Position numbers and translations under genes: made by a program
DNA from: Ostrea edulis
Lineage: Eukaryota
Length of the DNA: 64,000 nucleotides
Assembly (NCBI RefSeq): GCF_947568905.1
Contig: NC_079168.1
Coordinates: forward strand, 49,414,001 to 49,478,000
Reading direction: 5' to 3'
In this document: in pieces, positions 1-13,400 of the stretch
How positions within the stretch are numbered: position 1 is the first letter of the stretch
How the letters are laid out: each line of letters starts with the position of its first letter
Notes under the pieces: generated by a model
Database searches by the model: none
Seen by the model: only the letters and a program-made list of their open reading frames with translations
What the model was told of the DNA's origin: nothing

Positions 1-396
1 AGGAACTCCAGCATCTTTTTAATATCAACTTTTTAGTACTTAATTGTTCTTAAAATCAGAATGGTTTTAACAAAGTAATGTTTTGGATGACTGATCACGA
101 AATGTGGATTTTTCGGAGTTTCATCTTGATTGAAGAAGCAGTTGTCTGTGATGTCAAAAAGCCTAGTCGTGAGGAAGATCGTGTAAAGTGTATAAAAGTC
201 ATTCGTTTTGATGTTGTTGATTTGAGAGAAGCTATGTGATTTCAATTCACTAAAAGGTCTTTGGAATTTTTGATAAGCCATATTTGATTTACATTGTACA
301 CCACTTTTTGCATGTATTATATTTATTTGTTCACCAATTAAGGGATCACATGAGGCACGTGGAATTCTAACAATTAATCATGATAAATACAAGATA

Positions 397-397
<1 letters not shown>

Positions 398-427
<30 letters not shown>
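398..427. repeat. (CA)n microsatellite
   Basis: Uninterrupted CA run. Confidence 0.95.
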
Positions 428-431
<4 letters not shown>

Positions 432-544
432 GCAATGGAGAATGAACCTGAAGAACAAAATAATACTCCTAATATATATTAAATAATAATATTTTCCACT
501 TGAATTTGAATAGAAGTTTGGAAGACAAAATGTCCTATTGGGGT

Positions 545-890
545 AAAATAATCGTGATTATTCAAACATGGTTATTTTAAACCGTAAGTGAGTACAATGG
601 CACAAAAAATATTTGGTTATTTCTGTCCCTTTGTACGGTCTTCGGGCGTTCAAACCACAACGTTTTAGCTTCGCAGTTAAACATCTGTTTCGCAAATGTA
701 GGAAGTAAATTTGACGGTTTTCTCTAGGGGTTATGACTCTGGGTCTACCACTGCGGGACCGATCAGTGAATCCAGTTGTTTGAAAACGTCTCCAGAGAAG
801 GATTATTATCAGCTGGGTAGTTCCCACAGTCTATGCTTGAAGCACTCCTGCGAAACGCTAACGTTGATCTTTGGATATAGTCATGGCATT
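545..890 (-). mobile_element. Degenerate Tc1/mariner transposase, N-terminal fragment
   Basis: The minus strand translates RRFQTTGFTDRSRSGRPRVITPRENRQI..HLRNR.LTA..GLNARRPY, the Tc1 HTH region. It carries stops and deletions. Confidence 0.8.
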
Positions 891-934
891 TGGAAAAAAG
901 ATAGATAATCTGATTTTCTTTAGGGATTTGCGAT

Positions 935-1330
935 AGACGTACTAATTCAATTTATGCGCGCATCAATTCAATTAATGATACCATTAATTCAATTGAAGAG
1001 AGCAATAATTCAATTATTGCGCGCATTAAATGAATTTATGTGCTCTACAATTTAATTTTGATTTTTTTTTCAATTATTGTTAGCATTAATTGAATTGATG
1101 CGCGTATTAATTGAAATATTGCTCTCTTCAAATAGACTGTAGCGCGCATCAATTCAATTGTTGATATCGTAAATCCATTTGAAGAGAGGTATCAATTCAG
1201 CAGAATAATCAATTCTGTCAACAACTCAATTAATGCGCACAATAATTCAGAATTAAAGATATCTTTAATTCTTTGATGGAATTGTTGCGCGCATCAAATG
1301 AATTGATGATATCTTCAAATAATTAAAGAT
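935..1330. repeat. Fragment of non-autonomous element built from GCGCGCATCAATTCAATT subrepeats in both orientations
   Basis: Repeated GCGCGCATCAATTCAATT and GAAGAGAGCAAT motifs on both strands. A related fragment lies at ~43605-43700. Confidence 0.6.
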
Positions 1331-2399
1331 CCCCGCCCCTTTCGATAACGTTCGAATCCTCTCTGAATCGGCTACTTGTTATTTATTTAATAAACCGTTT
1401 TCCATAGGTCTCCTCTCTTGTCCGTGTGAACTTTTGCGTTCATTACATCCAAGGACTTGTATGATTCCGTCGTAAGACAGGGATTTGAAGACGTCTCACT
1501 CACACTCAAAGGTGACCGCACCAATTACCGAGAAGCAATTTAATAAAAATGGACAAAATATGACAAATTATGTGGCTGACAGGACATTGGACAGTCAAAG
1601 GTACGTATAAAATAGTTTTCCCCCCTCGCTTCTTCATTGATTTAATTGTACCACGTAACTGCTATCTATACCAATATGTCCTTGTACTTCACCTCGCCGT
1701 CTATAAGATGAGTCACTCCAACATTAGTCAGTCGGTTAAAAACCCAGGCGCTTGAAACTTCGCAAGCTATACTACATAATAACATTATGTCATTATACAT
1801 GTATATAATAGTACAACTTGCAAAGTTTTATGTTCTTTTGTTCTACCTTGGATACTGACTTAGGTTTGTGTATTGTATACTGTAGTATTTGTATTTCTCT
1901 ATACCTTTTGTACATTGGTTTATGAGAATAAATCATCATCATATGAGGTAACAAACATACTAAGTATTGATATCATATTCTTGATTCCAAGTGGAGATAG
2001 AAAGTGCAGTCACTTGGGTCCGCTTTGTTGACATACTTGAATACATTGTAATTATTTCTTCAGTCATCTTAAACGGATGTTCTGGTTTTGACAACTATTT
2101 TCTGCTGCTTAGTGTAACGAGTGTTCCAGACTTGCTATCATGTTTGTGTACGAGTCAACAACCACAGCATTGTTATTTGTTATGTTCAAGCACATTGTAA
2201 TTATGCAGCCATTTTAATCAGATCAGCCCGGAACATGAACATCCTTGTGCATGCATATCCAAAAAAATATATGTGCATACACCATTTATGAATAAAAACA
2301 AGAATATCAGTAAAACTGATGTATGCTTCCTGAACTGCGTCTAACCGATGAACTACTTCACACGAGAATGACTTGCACAATGATCAATAATTGTTGAAG

Positions 2400-3200
2400 T
2401 GAAGGTGTTTTTTTTTTTCATAAATGAGATGCATGTTTGGAGCGACCTTAATACAAAATTATCTTAATCTGAAAGCCACTCGCCCATTACAAATTTGTGT
2501 GGTATATGACCAATTCCTGGTCAAAACTTTTGAAATAAGGAACTTCTTCTTTATACAAGACCTTTGTCTTTTACACAATACACATCTGATATATAATCAA
2601 TAATTGCTGAAATGAAGGTTTTTTTATTTCATCTGAAATTAAGGTATATGTTCTGAGTGATCTTGACTTTAACAAAGTGACCTCAAGTGATCTTTGTCTG
2701 AGGAGGCATTTGCACAATGAACAATAACTGTTTAAATTAGTTTTTTTAGCATATAAGGTATATTTTCTTAGTGACCTTAACAAACTAAACTTGAGTGACC
2801 TTTGTCCAAAAGTTATCCACTCAATGATTAATAACTGTTAAAATATTGTTAAAATGTAGTCTTTTTTCCCCCATGTTCCAAGTGACCTTGACCATTATGA
2901 AAAATGACATCAAAAGACCTTTGAAAGCCATTTGCCTATTACTTATCTGTGTGATACATGATCGATACCTGTTTAAAAACTGTTGAAATATGGGATTTCT
3001 ATGTTATGAGTGACCTTGACCTTTTCAAAATGGATGGTGATACCTTGGTCCAAAAGTCCTTTTCTAAAGGAACATTTGTGATCAATTATGATTGATTTCT
3101 AATGAAATGTTTAGGAGATATGAGTTCAGCCAGACAGACTGACACAAAACAGCGACTACTGTATAAGCTCCCCTGAAATATTTGGGGGAGTACAAAAAAG
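2400..3200. mobile_element. Degenerate HINE-like (non-autonomous Helentron-type) element
   Basis: Repeated TGACCTTGA motifs, a GACAGAC microsatellite remnant, a 3' stem (CTCCCC...GGGGAG) and an A-run. Boundaries are approximate. Confidence 0.5.
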
Positions 3201-4468
3201 AAAACTGAAAGATTTAAAGTTTATTAAAAATTTGGTGATTAATATTTGACCATTTACAATAGATATTGCTATTTTCAATATATATCTGTTATGAAATGAC
3301 TCATTCCAACAGGTTACTGGAACATACATATATTACATACAAATATCACTGAAACAAGAAAGATTTCTAGCAGTTGTAATAAATATAGATTTTTCCATCC
3401 ATGTTGGCAATCACATATTGTGTATCATTTCATTCATGCACCAGTACAAATATAATTGCTCTTAAACCTTTACTGAGACATGTACAGACATTCTGTAATG
3501 AAAATCATTCCTTTCCCACTACAACTACATTGTTCTCAATTAACATTGCATCATTAACGTAAAACACAAAGATAGAACTTGTCTTTGTCTTCATATAACT
3601 AATACATAAACTTGGGATAATTTTAGAACTTCGTTTAAATCATCCTCTTAAAAAAAAATTAGGGGAAAAAAAACATTCATAACAGAAACTATCATTTTGT
3701 TCAGTAATGGCTATTAAACTGCTTTAAACATAGGCTCTTGTTTTTTACTTTAGATGTAACATTAAATGCTTTATATTGTATAAATCCTCGACATTTATGA
3801 TCATTTAAATTGAAGTATTTTGTAAACATCCACATCACTGAACGTTTATATTACTATATAAATTACATGTACTACAAAAGAAGAAAAAAACCTTGAAATT
3901 ATCAGTACATAAATAAACAGTAAAACAGTAAATGTAGGAGACAAAGCACCCTACTTTGGATTTGTCCATCATGTACAAATGATTGCTGTCTACACTTAAC
4001 GCATATTTATGTCACTATTCATATCACATGTATAATGCACACATTCTTCAATCCAGACCATAAAGGCACCATAATTTCGTTCACAAGTATTACTGTTGCT
4101 ATTTTCATTTAACTGTTGACTGCTGCTTAAAATATTGACTGCTGTTTAAAATATCTACCAGTATATATTTTTAAACCAGTATATATTTTCTACCTGTACT
4201 TTTTATGTGATGATAAAACCACTCTACAGAGATATAGCAAATACCTTTTCTTTGATGTCAGAGACAAATCATAAATTCTACTATATTCCTGGAGTCAATA
4301 TATCTCTTTAGAAATATTTTGTTCAAATTAATGAATTATTCTCGTGTCAATAAATATCTTTAAACAGCAATCCTTTATTTGCTTAAGATTTGATTTAAAT
4401 GAGAATGTTCCCTATGAAGTGTGGTGACTTGTGGAATGGAATTTGGTTAGGTCCTAGAGCAGGAGTTA

Positions 4469-7400
4469 TCACTGTGGTCCTGATACGAGTTTATCCAGCA
4501 CTCGGATCCCCTTCTCTTCATACTCCTGTCGTGTCATCCAGAAACTGTCCTTATCCTTCATAATGTCTGCCAAGACTGCACCCCCCAGGAACACCATGTG
4601 TTTCCTTCTCGGAGGGTCTTCTATCCTAATCTTGAATTTCTAAGAAAAAAAATTTGAAATGAACATTTGAGTACCTTATTTTCAAATGCAAAACTGCATA
4701 CAGCCTTATCTTCACCATAGTAAAAATTTTCGTTACTTTCACTGTGGTCTATAACTGCAGTGAAAGTTTCATAGCTGTAACACTTTTTTAGAATTGTGAA
4801 TTTAAAATGGCATGTAGATGAATATAGATGTGAAAATAACCAAGAGCAAATTAAGCTGTATAAAGTATTCATATTGTGGTCATTAATATATATATATATA
4901 TATATATTTTTTACATTTAAATACCCCATTTGTGAAATTCAATCCACATATCATTTCAATTAATATTTTTTATGTTTATCTATATTTGAACAATGACCAC
5001 AAATCATAAATAAATAATAAAAAATGCAATAAATAAAACCTTAAAAAGTGTATGCATATCTTAGTCTGTTAACAATTTAAACCATCTATTTCCTTAACAT
5101 TGAAGGTATTGTTCCCAATAAAACAAGGAACTGAGAAAGGAAGAAATAACAATATCAACAACGCCCACAAACTTACAGAGAGTTTAGTTGTGTCCCCTTT
5201 CAGCACCCTCTCTAAGTAGAGCTGTTTGATTTCTCTCTCAAGTCGGCTAGGCAGACCCGGGTACATGGTTGAGCCCCCTGACAAGACAATATGTTTATAG
5301 AACTCGGGACGCGTGTCAATGTCGGCTGCCTGGATTGTGTTGAATAGAAGTTCTGCCACTCCCACTCCATCTACGTTGATAAGATGGGGCTGGAACAAGG
5401 CCTCAGGAGCACCAAATCTCTCACCCCCTACACGTATTACTCTTCCATCTGGTAACTGTAATACATCAAAGTCGTGTCAAATCAAAATCATTTGTTGGGT
5501 TCTTTGATATTCATATTTAAATTCATAATAGTGCAGTCAAGATAAAACCGGGACAAAATTACTACAGAAATTATTTTCAATGATATGAATATGCATGATG
5601 AAATATTAGTAAAAAAATTCATCAGTTTGGAGCAAGATATTAGGTATATTTCAACTATTCAACATAAAATTTGTAATAAGATTTTATGCATAATTACTGA
5701 AAGAAATCAGATTAATCTCAAAATTCATTAAAGTTTGCTTAATTTTTGGTTAATGTCATAAACTACTATCAATAAAACATTTTTCTGAAAATACTAATAG
5801 TAGAAAAAATACATGTTAACTAAAACCCTGAAAGGGACACCATAAAATTCAACCATAACCCAATTTGTTTTCATTGAATTTTCCTTCAAAAGTACTACTA
5901 GTAATACCTGGTATGATACTTCCCTGAAGCTAGAGATCCTTAAATTTTTCTTTATATGTTTCTTCGATATATGCAGATTGAAAGTAAAATGAAAATTCTG
6001 TTGCAATTTGTCCCAGTTCCGATATTTTTCAGGCTATTTTGACTTGACTATTATATAAAAAAACACCCACTGTTTCCCATGATTTCTATTATCAATCCAA
6101 GTAAATTCTGTAGATTCCTTACTCTATGCGAGTATTATTATTAATATTACAAAATGACTTGTAGATGTCAAACTGTGAGAACATGAATTTGCAAGTGGAC
6201 TGTTAATTAAGAATTTTTCAGCAATACAAAAATAAAATTACTAAAACAAAAGTGTGTAAATCTATTTTGTGAATGGTGCTTCTTGCTAATATTAGGCAAT
6301 GATAAATTCTTCACATATATTCAGGAATCTACAGAAAATCTTTCCTTGCTTTTTTATTTTCTTCTTCATATTTTAGTAAATTTAAACTTACTGTGTAAGA
6401 TTCTACAAGCACCGTTGTCTCCAGAGCTAATTTTTGCTCTTGTTCAATATCATATCCTACATAACATAACTTCTCTTTCATCATTCGTACAGTTTCAAAG
6501 TCAGCAGAATGGTTGAATGCATAGCCACGTAATAAAAGCAACTGAAAAACAAAACTCATTATCTGACAAGTGTACATAATGAATATACATGTACATGCAA
6601 TACAATAATCTGAATTTCTTTTTTTGATTTATAAACTGACACAGAAAAGAAATGCAACCTCCAATTTTTGGCAATATTTTCAAAGTCCATTTAAATACAA
6701 ATAGTTTAATTTTTACATCTAAAAGAAGATACACATCTATTCTGTTGGATAACACAGTAAATTTAGAGTTTGCCATCATCACTTTGACAAAAATTGTCAA
6801 GGCTTTAGAGATCGTAGCTATTGAAATTTTCCTACTTCAATAATGAATATTGACACCCCCACCCCCACCCAATATATTAGCATTTGTTGCAGCTTAAATT
6901 CTATAATGCATAGAGTTCATTACAAGGTTTATTTGTGCCATTGGTATGTTCTGTCACTCTTCTAGAAGTGTCTGGTGCAAAGCAGTTAGTCTCTGGTGGA
7001 TGTGAGTGTGGTCGAATGTGTTGATCTAACATGTCCCATACATGCTGTATTGAAGAGAGATTAGGACTGTATGGGGCCAAGGCAACGTGCCAACATTGTT
7101 TTGGTGAAGATAGTCCAAAGCATGTCACACCACATGACATTGGGCATTGCCTTGTTGAAAAATCAAGTTGTGCGGGTGGACAAGCAGCACAACAACAGGT
7201 TGCAGAACAGTGTCAATATTACAGTACCAATGAACTTCCAAATTGCCTTCAACCTAGTGGATTATTGGCATAAAATTCATCACAACATTGAAAAACACAC
7301 TGATGCCCATCAGAAAGTAAAGCATGAAACTTGACTTATCAGAGAAGAGTTCAAGGTGCCATCTTTGCATAGGAAACACATTTGGATGCTATTATAACGA

Positions 7401-10400
7401 CTGGAGTCTGACATCACATCCACGACAAACAAGAGGTACTGTGAACAATGCTCACTAAGAATACCACCCCCCACCCCAATCACCCAAAGGGTGTTGTAAA
7501 AAAGAAAGGGCATGACCAACCCTTGGGTAGTCTCATTCTAGGAGTGCGCTTGACCTTTGACCCCAAAATCGAAAGGGAACATCTTCGTCCCATGAGTAGT
7601 CCATATGTATGATATGGTGACTGTAGGTGGAAAGTATAATGCTTTAGAGCCCGGAAACCATGATGCTATGTCGATGTCCAGTACGCTTGACCTTTGACCC
7701 CAAATTCAATAGGGAACATCTTCATCCCATGGGTAGTCCATATGTATGATATGGTGACTATAGGTGGAAAGGATAACGCTTTAGAGCCCGGAAACCATTG
7801 CGTCTATAGACAGACGGACAGACAACCCGATTCCAGTATAACTCCCAACCCCTCACACACACAACTTTGTTGCGGGGGGTACAATAAGAGTCATTCCCAA
7901 TGTAACACGACACAGCGTGATGCCATAGGACTGGAAACACCTCAGGAGTGTCTTGACTTATTCTCAGATTATGTATCCCTGGTGTCTTATTTGCAGTTTC
8001 TTTGTGCAGTTCTAAATCAGTAGCACAAGTACTGCAACCTCATGAAACAATCCTGATGAGGCGTCATAGCCTTCTGTCAGCCAGATCAAGGGTGGTTGGC
8101 AGCTGTATCAGTCAGTCTAAGATGAGATGAGATACTTTGCTTTCGTGGACATTCAGAGCTCTTGCTGCAGCATTTTGGGTGTTTCTACCCAACAGTAACT
8201 GCACTACCCTATTGTGTGCATTGTTGAGTAGCCTAGGCATCCTTTATGCAATAAGGGAAACAAATTTCAATATTGAACTATTCTTACCGCATACCTGAAG
8301 AATAACATACAGGTCTGAGATGCATGAAATGCTCTCATGTGTATCTGCCTATATGCTAATCAGAGTATGTATTGACGTCTCACAGACACAAGAACGCATA
8401 GTGTGACAGAGTTCAAGAAATTAAAAATTGGGAATGTGTATGATATGCAATTCAAATTTGCTAACAATAAACTATCAACATAAAAAATTATTGACATTTA
8501 ATTGAGGTTGTGTTTCTTTTGCATGTCAGTGGAATCCCGTTATTAAGTTTCTGATTTTGCCACAATGAAGTAATGTAATACCAGGGGCAATGTCGTTTAG
8601 AAATACTATATTCTACGTGGATATTTCATGGCTAGGTGAATATTTTTTTATTCTGTTTCCTTGCTAAAAGACTATGACACTTAAATTTATTTACAGCTCA
8701 TCTTAAATGTCCATATTTCTTATACTTCCTTTTCTTTATTTCTAGTTAGGATGCATATTTTAAAATAAATTTTGCTTATCTGTATCTGACGCCGCCAATT
8801 TTTATATGAACATAGAATTATAATCAACAGAACATTGTTCTGATTGACAACTCTTTATTAAGCTCTATCTTTATCTTAACAAGAGGTACTGTGACTAAGA
8901 ATACCCCCCGCTTACCCCAATCTCCCAAAGGGTGTTGTTCTAAATAGGTATAAATAAATTATCTCTTTCCTGGGTGTAAAAATATGGTATGCCTTTGTAG
9001 AAGAAAATGGAAGATATAGTCTGAACACAATTCATGGTATAAACCTATAATTTTGACCTTGAGATCAAAGGTCAAGGTCATAAAGAGGCCATGAATGTAC
9101 ATGACACATAGTCTCATGTTGATACACCCATGTCTTATGGTATGACTATGTCAAAACCCTATAATCAATTTTGACCTTGAGGTCAAAGTTTAGGGTCATA
9201 TAGAGGTCATGAAGGTACCCAACACATCGTCTCATGGTGATACACTCATGTGTCAAATATGGTATGCCTATGTCAAAGAACAAAGAAGTTATGGCCCCGA
9301 CACAAATCCATTGTAAAAAAAACATTTAATTTTGACCTTGAGGTCAAGGGTCAAGGTCATATGGAGGTCATGAAGGTACTTGACATCGTCTAATGGTGAT
9401 CGACCTGTGTGCCAAATATGGTATGCCTATGTCAAAGAACAAAGAAGTTATGGCCCGGACACGAATCTGGAGACAGACGGACGGATAGACAGACAGACAG
9501 AGTGATTCCTATAACCCCCAACCCCCCCAATGTTATAAAAATAACATTGCACCTGTTTCTAGTGTCACCGTAGAGTTTATCCAAGCTGTGTGCCTGAAGT
9601 TCAGTTTGTCAAAATTATGTTTGATATCTATGTTTGATACCCAAGCTATCTGTCAAAGCGTGATCAGTCAAGCATCACAAATCCCCAAACAGATCAGGGA
9701 ATTTACTCACGTGCCCATCTGGAGCAGTCCAGGTCTCAACTGCTGATCATAGAGTGTAGGTGTATCTTACCTTGATCAACAGTGAATACACAGGGGTTTA
9801 TCAATTTTTTGCCAGAATGTTTACAATGTAATACTGAATTGCGGCATCTTGGGACAATGTATGAAAAACATGTCTATTCTATATAATGTGTTTTGAAATT
9901 CCATCCTAGCGTTTTTTATTTAATAAACTTTGAACTTAATAATGGGATTCCACTGTATATCAAGAAGTTTTAAATGTTGATTATCCATTCATCAGTTTCA
10001 CTCAACAACCATTTTTGAATCCCCATTTCAAAGACTTCTTCATAACAGAGGGTTACTGATCACTTACCTTAATAAGATATCTAGTGATGTCTCTACCAGC
10101 AATATCTAATCTTCTGGTCAAATGAGGAAGGGCAAATCCTTCATATACAGGACAGATGTGTGTGACACCATCACCAGAATCAACAACTACTCCAGTTAGT
10201 AAACCTAAAAACATAGATGTGTTCCTCTCTCTGTAATGGCATATTCAATGTATTCATCTAAAAGGGACTGGTTCACGATTTTTGATAAAAATGTTTTTTT
10301 GATTTTAAAAATTAAAAAATATAACTCATTTAGTGTTGACAGTCAAAATTTTTACCTTCTGAATGCAAGAATAAAAGCAATATTTTAGCCTGAAATCTGT

Positions 10401-13400
10401 GTTATGTAAACAAAGACTCGAGTCTTTTTAAGTATACAAACAAACAAGTAAAATATTGATTTTGTAGTATAAAGCAACATTTTGATGATACATTTTACCC
10501 AAAAATGCTTGAAATGTGAAAGATAATATAAACTTAGATCGATATCTATTACTTTTGAAAATTTCATAAATAATAACATACCGCAATCTTTGTTTACAAA
10601 ACAAATAATAAACTCTCTAAAATGAGCTTCTGTGATAATGTATAACCTTAATTTTTATGTAAAATCTTTTAAACACATTAGACAGTAGATTTTGATCATT
10701 AAAAGTGAAAAAGAAATTTGTGGGGAAAATCGTGAATCAGTCCCTTTAAGACACCCAAAAGACTGAAAAAGAATTTTAATCTCTTATATCTGGTTATCTA
10801 ATTCATTTTCTATTTATTTCTACTTATTCTGACAGTTTTTAGAACAACCAAAATGTCACACTGTCTTTTAAAAAAAACTGAAGTAACTTCCAATTTTTGT
10901 TATCACAAAGTAGCGGGATACAATTATGCACTTACCTTGAGCATATAATGTCAAAACTGCCTGAATTGCAATGTATGCACTTTGAAATCCATATTTCTCA
11001 AACATAACCTAAAAATTAGACATAATAAGAGTTCTGAAGAAAAAAAACAACAACTTTGAAACAATCAATAAAGATACAATTAAATCAATATGCTCTGAGA
11101 AGATATTTTTGCTGAGAGATAAACCCATGACAGTAACACCCGTAATGTAGTACCGGTAAATAAAAAAAATCTGACCTGCATCATTATCTTCATCTTTGCT
11201 ACCCAAGGGTGACGCTCCACAGTGAAAAGAGAAACACCGCAGAGCATCACCCTTGGCTAGCGAAGGAAAAGAAAATAAGAGTATCAAACTAATTTACAAG
11301 AGTTGTGGAATATATATATACATGTATCAATAGCATTCATATAAGTACAGGTAGTTGATTGGATACTAAAACCTGTCTATTTTTAGATCTCCAAATTTAC
11401 CTCCACCATCTTTTCTCTGTTTTTGCTAGGGTTCATTGGCGGTTCTGTAAGTAGGATTTTGCTGTTCCTGCAGTCTAGGTTTAGTTTTTCAGGACCGAAG
11501 GTATAGTCATACAGCAAAAGCATGTCATCCCAGTTCCTCACAATTCCGTTCTCCATTGGGTAATTCACCTCAAGCATGGAGCGCAGTTCACTTGCCTCAT
11601 CTCCAAGCATAACATCCTATAACCATTAGCATTAAAAGATTACAGGATCAATTTTATGAAATTATTATCGTGGGTGTTGGGGATCACTTCAGGATCATGC
11701 ATATACATGTATATAAATACAAACAAAAAGATGAAAATGCAGTTGATTGGATAACAGTTATTTACTATGAAATTTTATTATTCAGTTTCAATCTCTAAGT
11801 CCTTACCTTAATTTCAATGTTTCCTATTTTTGCTGTAGACCTGATAATTGGTCTTCCCACCAGAGATGGGAAGATGTGTGTAGGAAAATTGGATCCTGCA
11901 AATCCACATTTCACGAACTGACAACACAAAACATAAATTAAGATTCTTTTTTCACATTCAAGTACGTACAATAAAATAAAAGATCATCATTCAAGTACAA
12001 CAAAATAAAAGATCAATATAAATCACAATATAGATGTCAAAAAAGGGTGTATGTATGTGTGTGTGTGTGTGTGGGGGGGGGGTGTAATATATTTAGAATA
12101 TTTTAGATTTGATAAATTTCAATGATAATAAACATTCTATCAAAGAAATATCTTTCCATTCCAATAAATGTGTGTGAGTGCGTCACTGTGGTTGGGGGAT
12201 TCTACTGTAATCAAATAGGAATTTATATCTTTATATCCTTACATTGACAGAAGAATATCAAATATGGGGCTGAAATGATTCATCGAAATATTCTGATACT
12301 GTTCAAAATACAAACGTTCGATTCAATGTTTGATTCATTGCCTCCATTTTCGGCTCGACACATTTATTACAAATGGGTTCAGTAAAATATATCAGTTTTG
12401 GCCTGTACTTATTATTTTTACCTACATAAGGGGCAAAATAGTGTTCAATAATGTTCAGATTGTTGTTTGCCTTGAGTCTGATAAAAATAATAATGAACTT
12501 TATTGATTTAAACTACAGAGTAGAGATCCAACAGGCATCTAACCGTTTGCAAACATTTTGCTTTTAAAATTATGATTGTGAATCTTGGTAATAAATTTCT
12601 TCTTCAATGATAATTATCATTGGTTTCTTCTCAAATCTTCTGTTAAATTGTAACATATTGAAAGTATTGAATCGTGGCATAAGTATTGCAATATGTATCA
12701 AATCATGAATGGGGTGTATCGTTTCAACCCTAATCAAATACATGTACAAGGAAAAATCCTTGCTTATTTAAAGATGATGGTGTATGATCCACAAGATTGG
12801 CATAATAAACACTTTACAGATGTTTTTTTTGAGAATATGTAAGAATTAGTGAATCACATATCTTTCAAAGAGTTCACCAGGCTTGGTGATTATAAGATAA
12901 TTTGAGTACAGATTATGGGGTTGAGTACGGAGTACGTACTCAGAACATTTTATAACCTCAAGGCCTTTTTTTCCAAAAATAGAGGATTAAATATCAAATA
13001 TTTGCTTAAAACAAGTACAAACAGTATTGCAACAAGGAAATTTAATTGCAAGATAGCATGTCAATCAAATGCTTTCTGTTATAACATGGTACCTGTTTAT
13101 GCTATAGTTTACATTTGTAAACAGCATAATGATTTATGTGTGGGCTGTAATTCATTTCTTAGACTAGCTGAATAACATGAAAGCCTCACTGTCTGAGCTG
13201 AAAGTATTTTTTCATTCCCTTTACTTTAACGTCCTTCTGTTTAATGAGTCCTACTGTATATGCATATGCTACCCACCAATGAATAATTTATACATTATTT
13301 CTTTTCTTACTTATGAAAATGATATTAGGTTTGTGATTTGGATGGAAAAGTTCACTTTTTTAGACACATCTTTTCCCATAAAAACAAGTTTTGAATTTTA

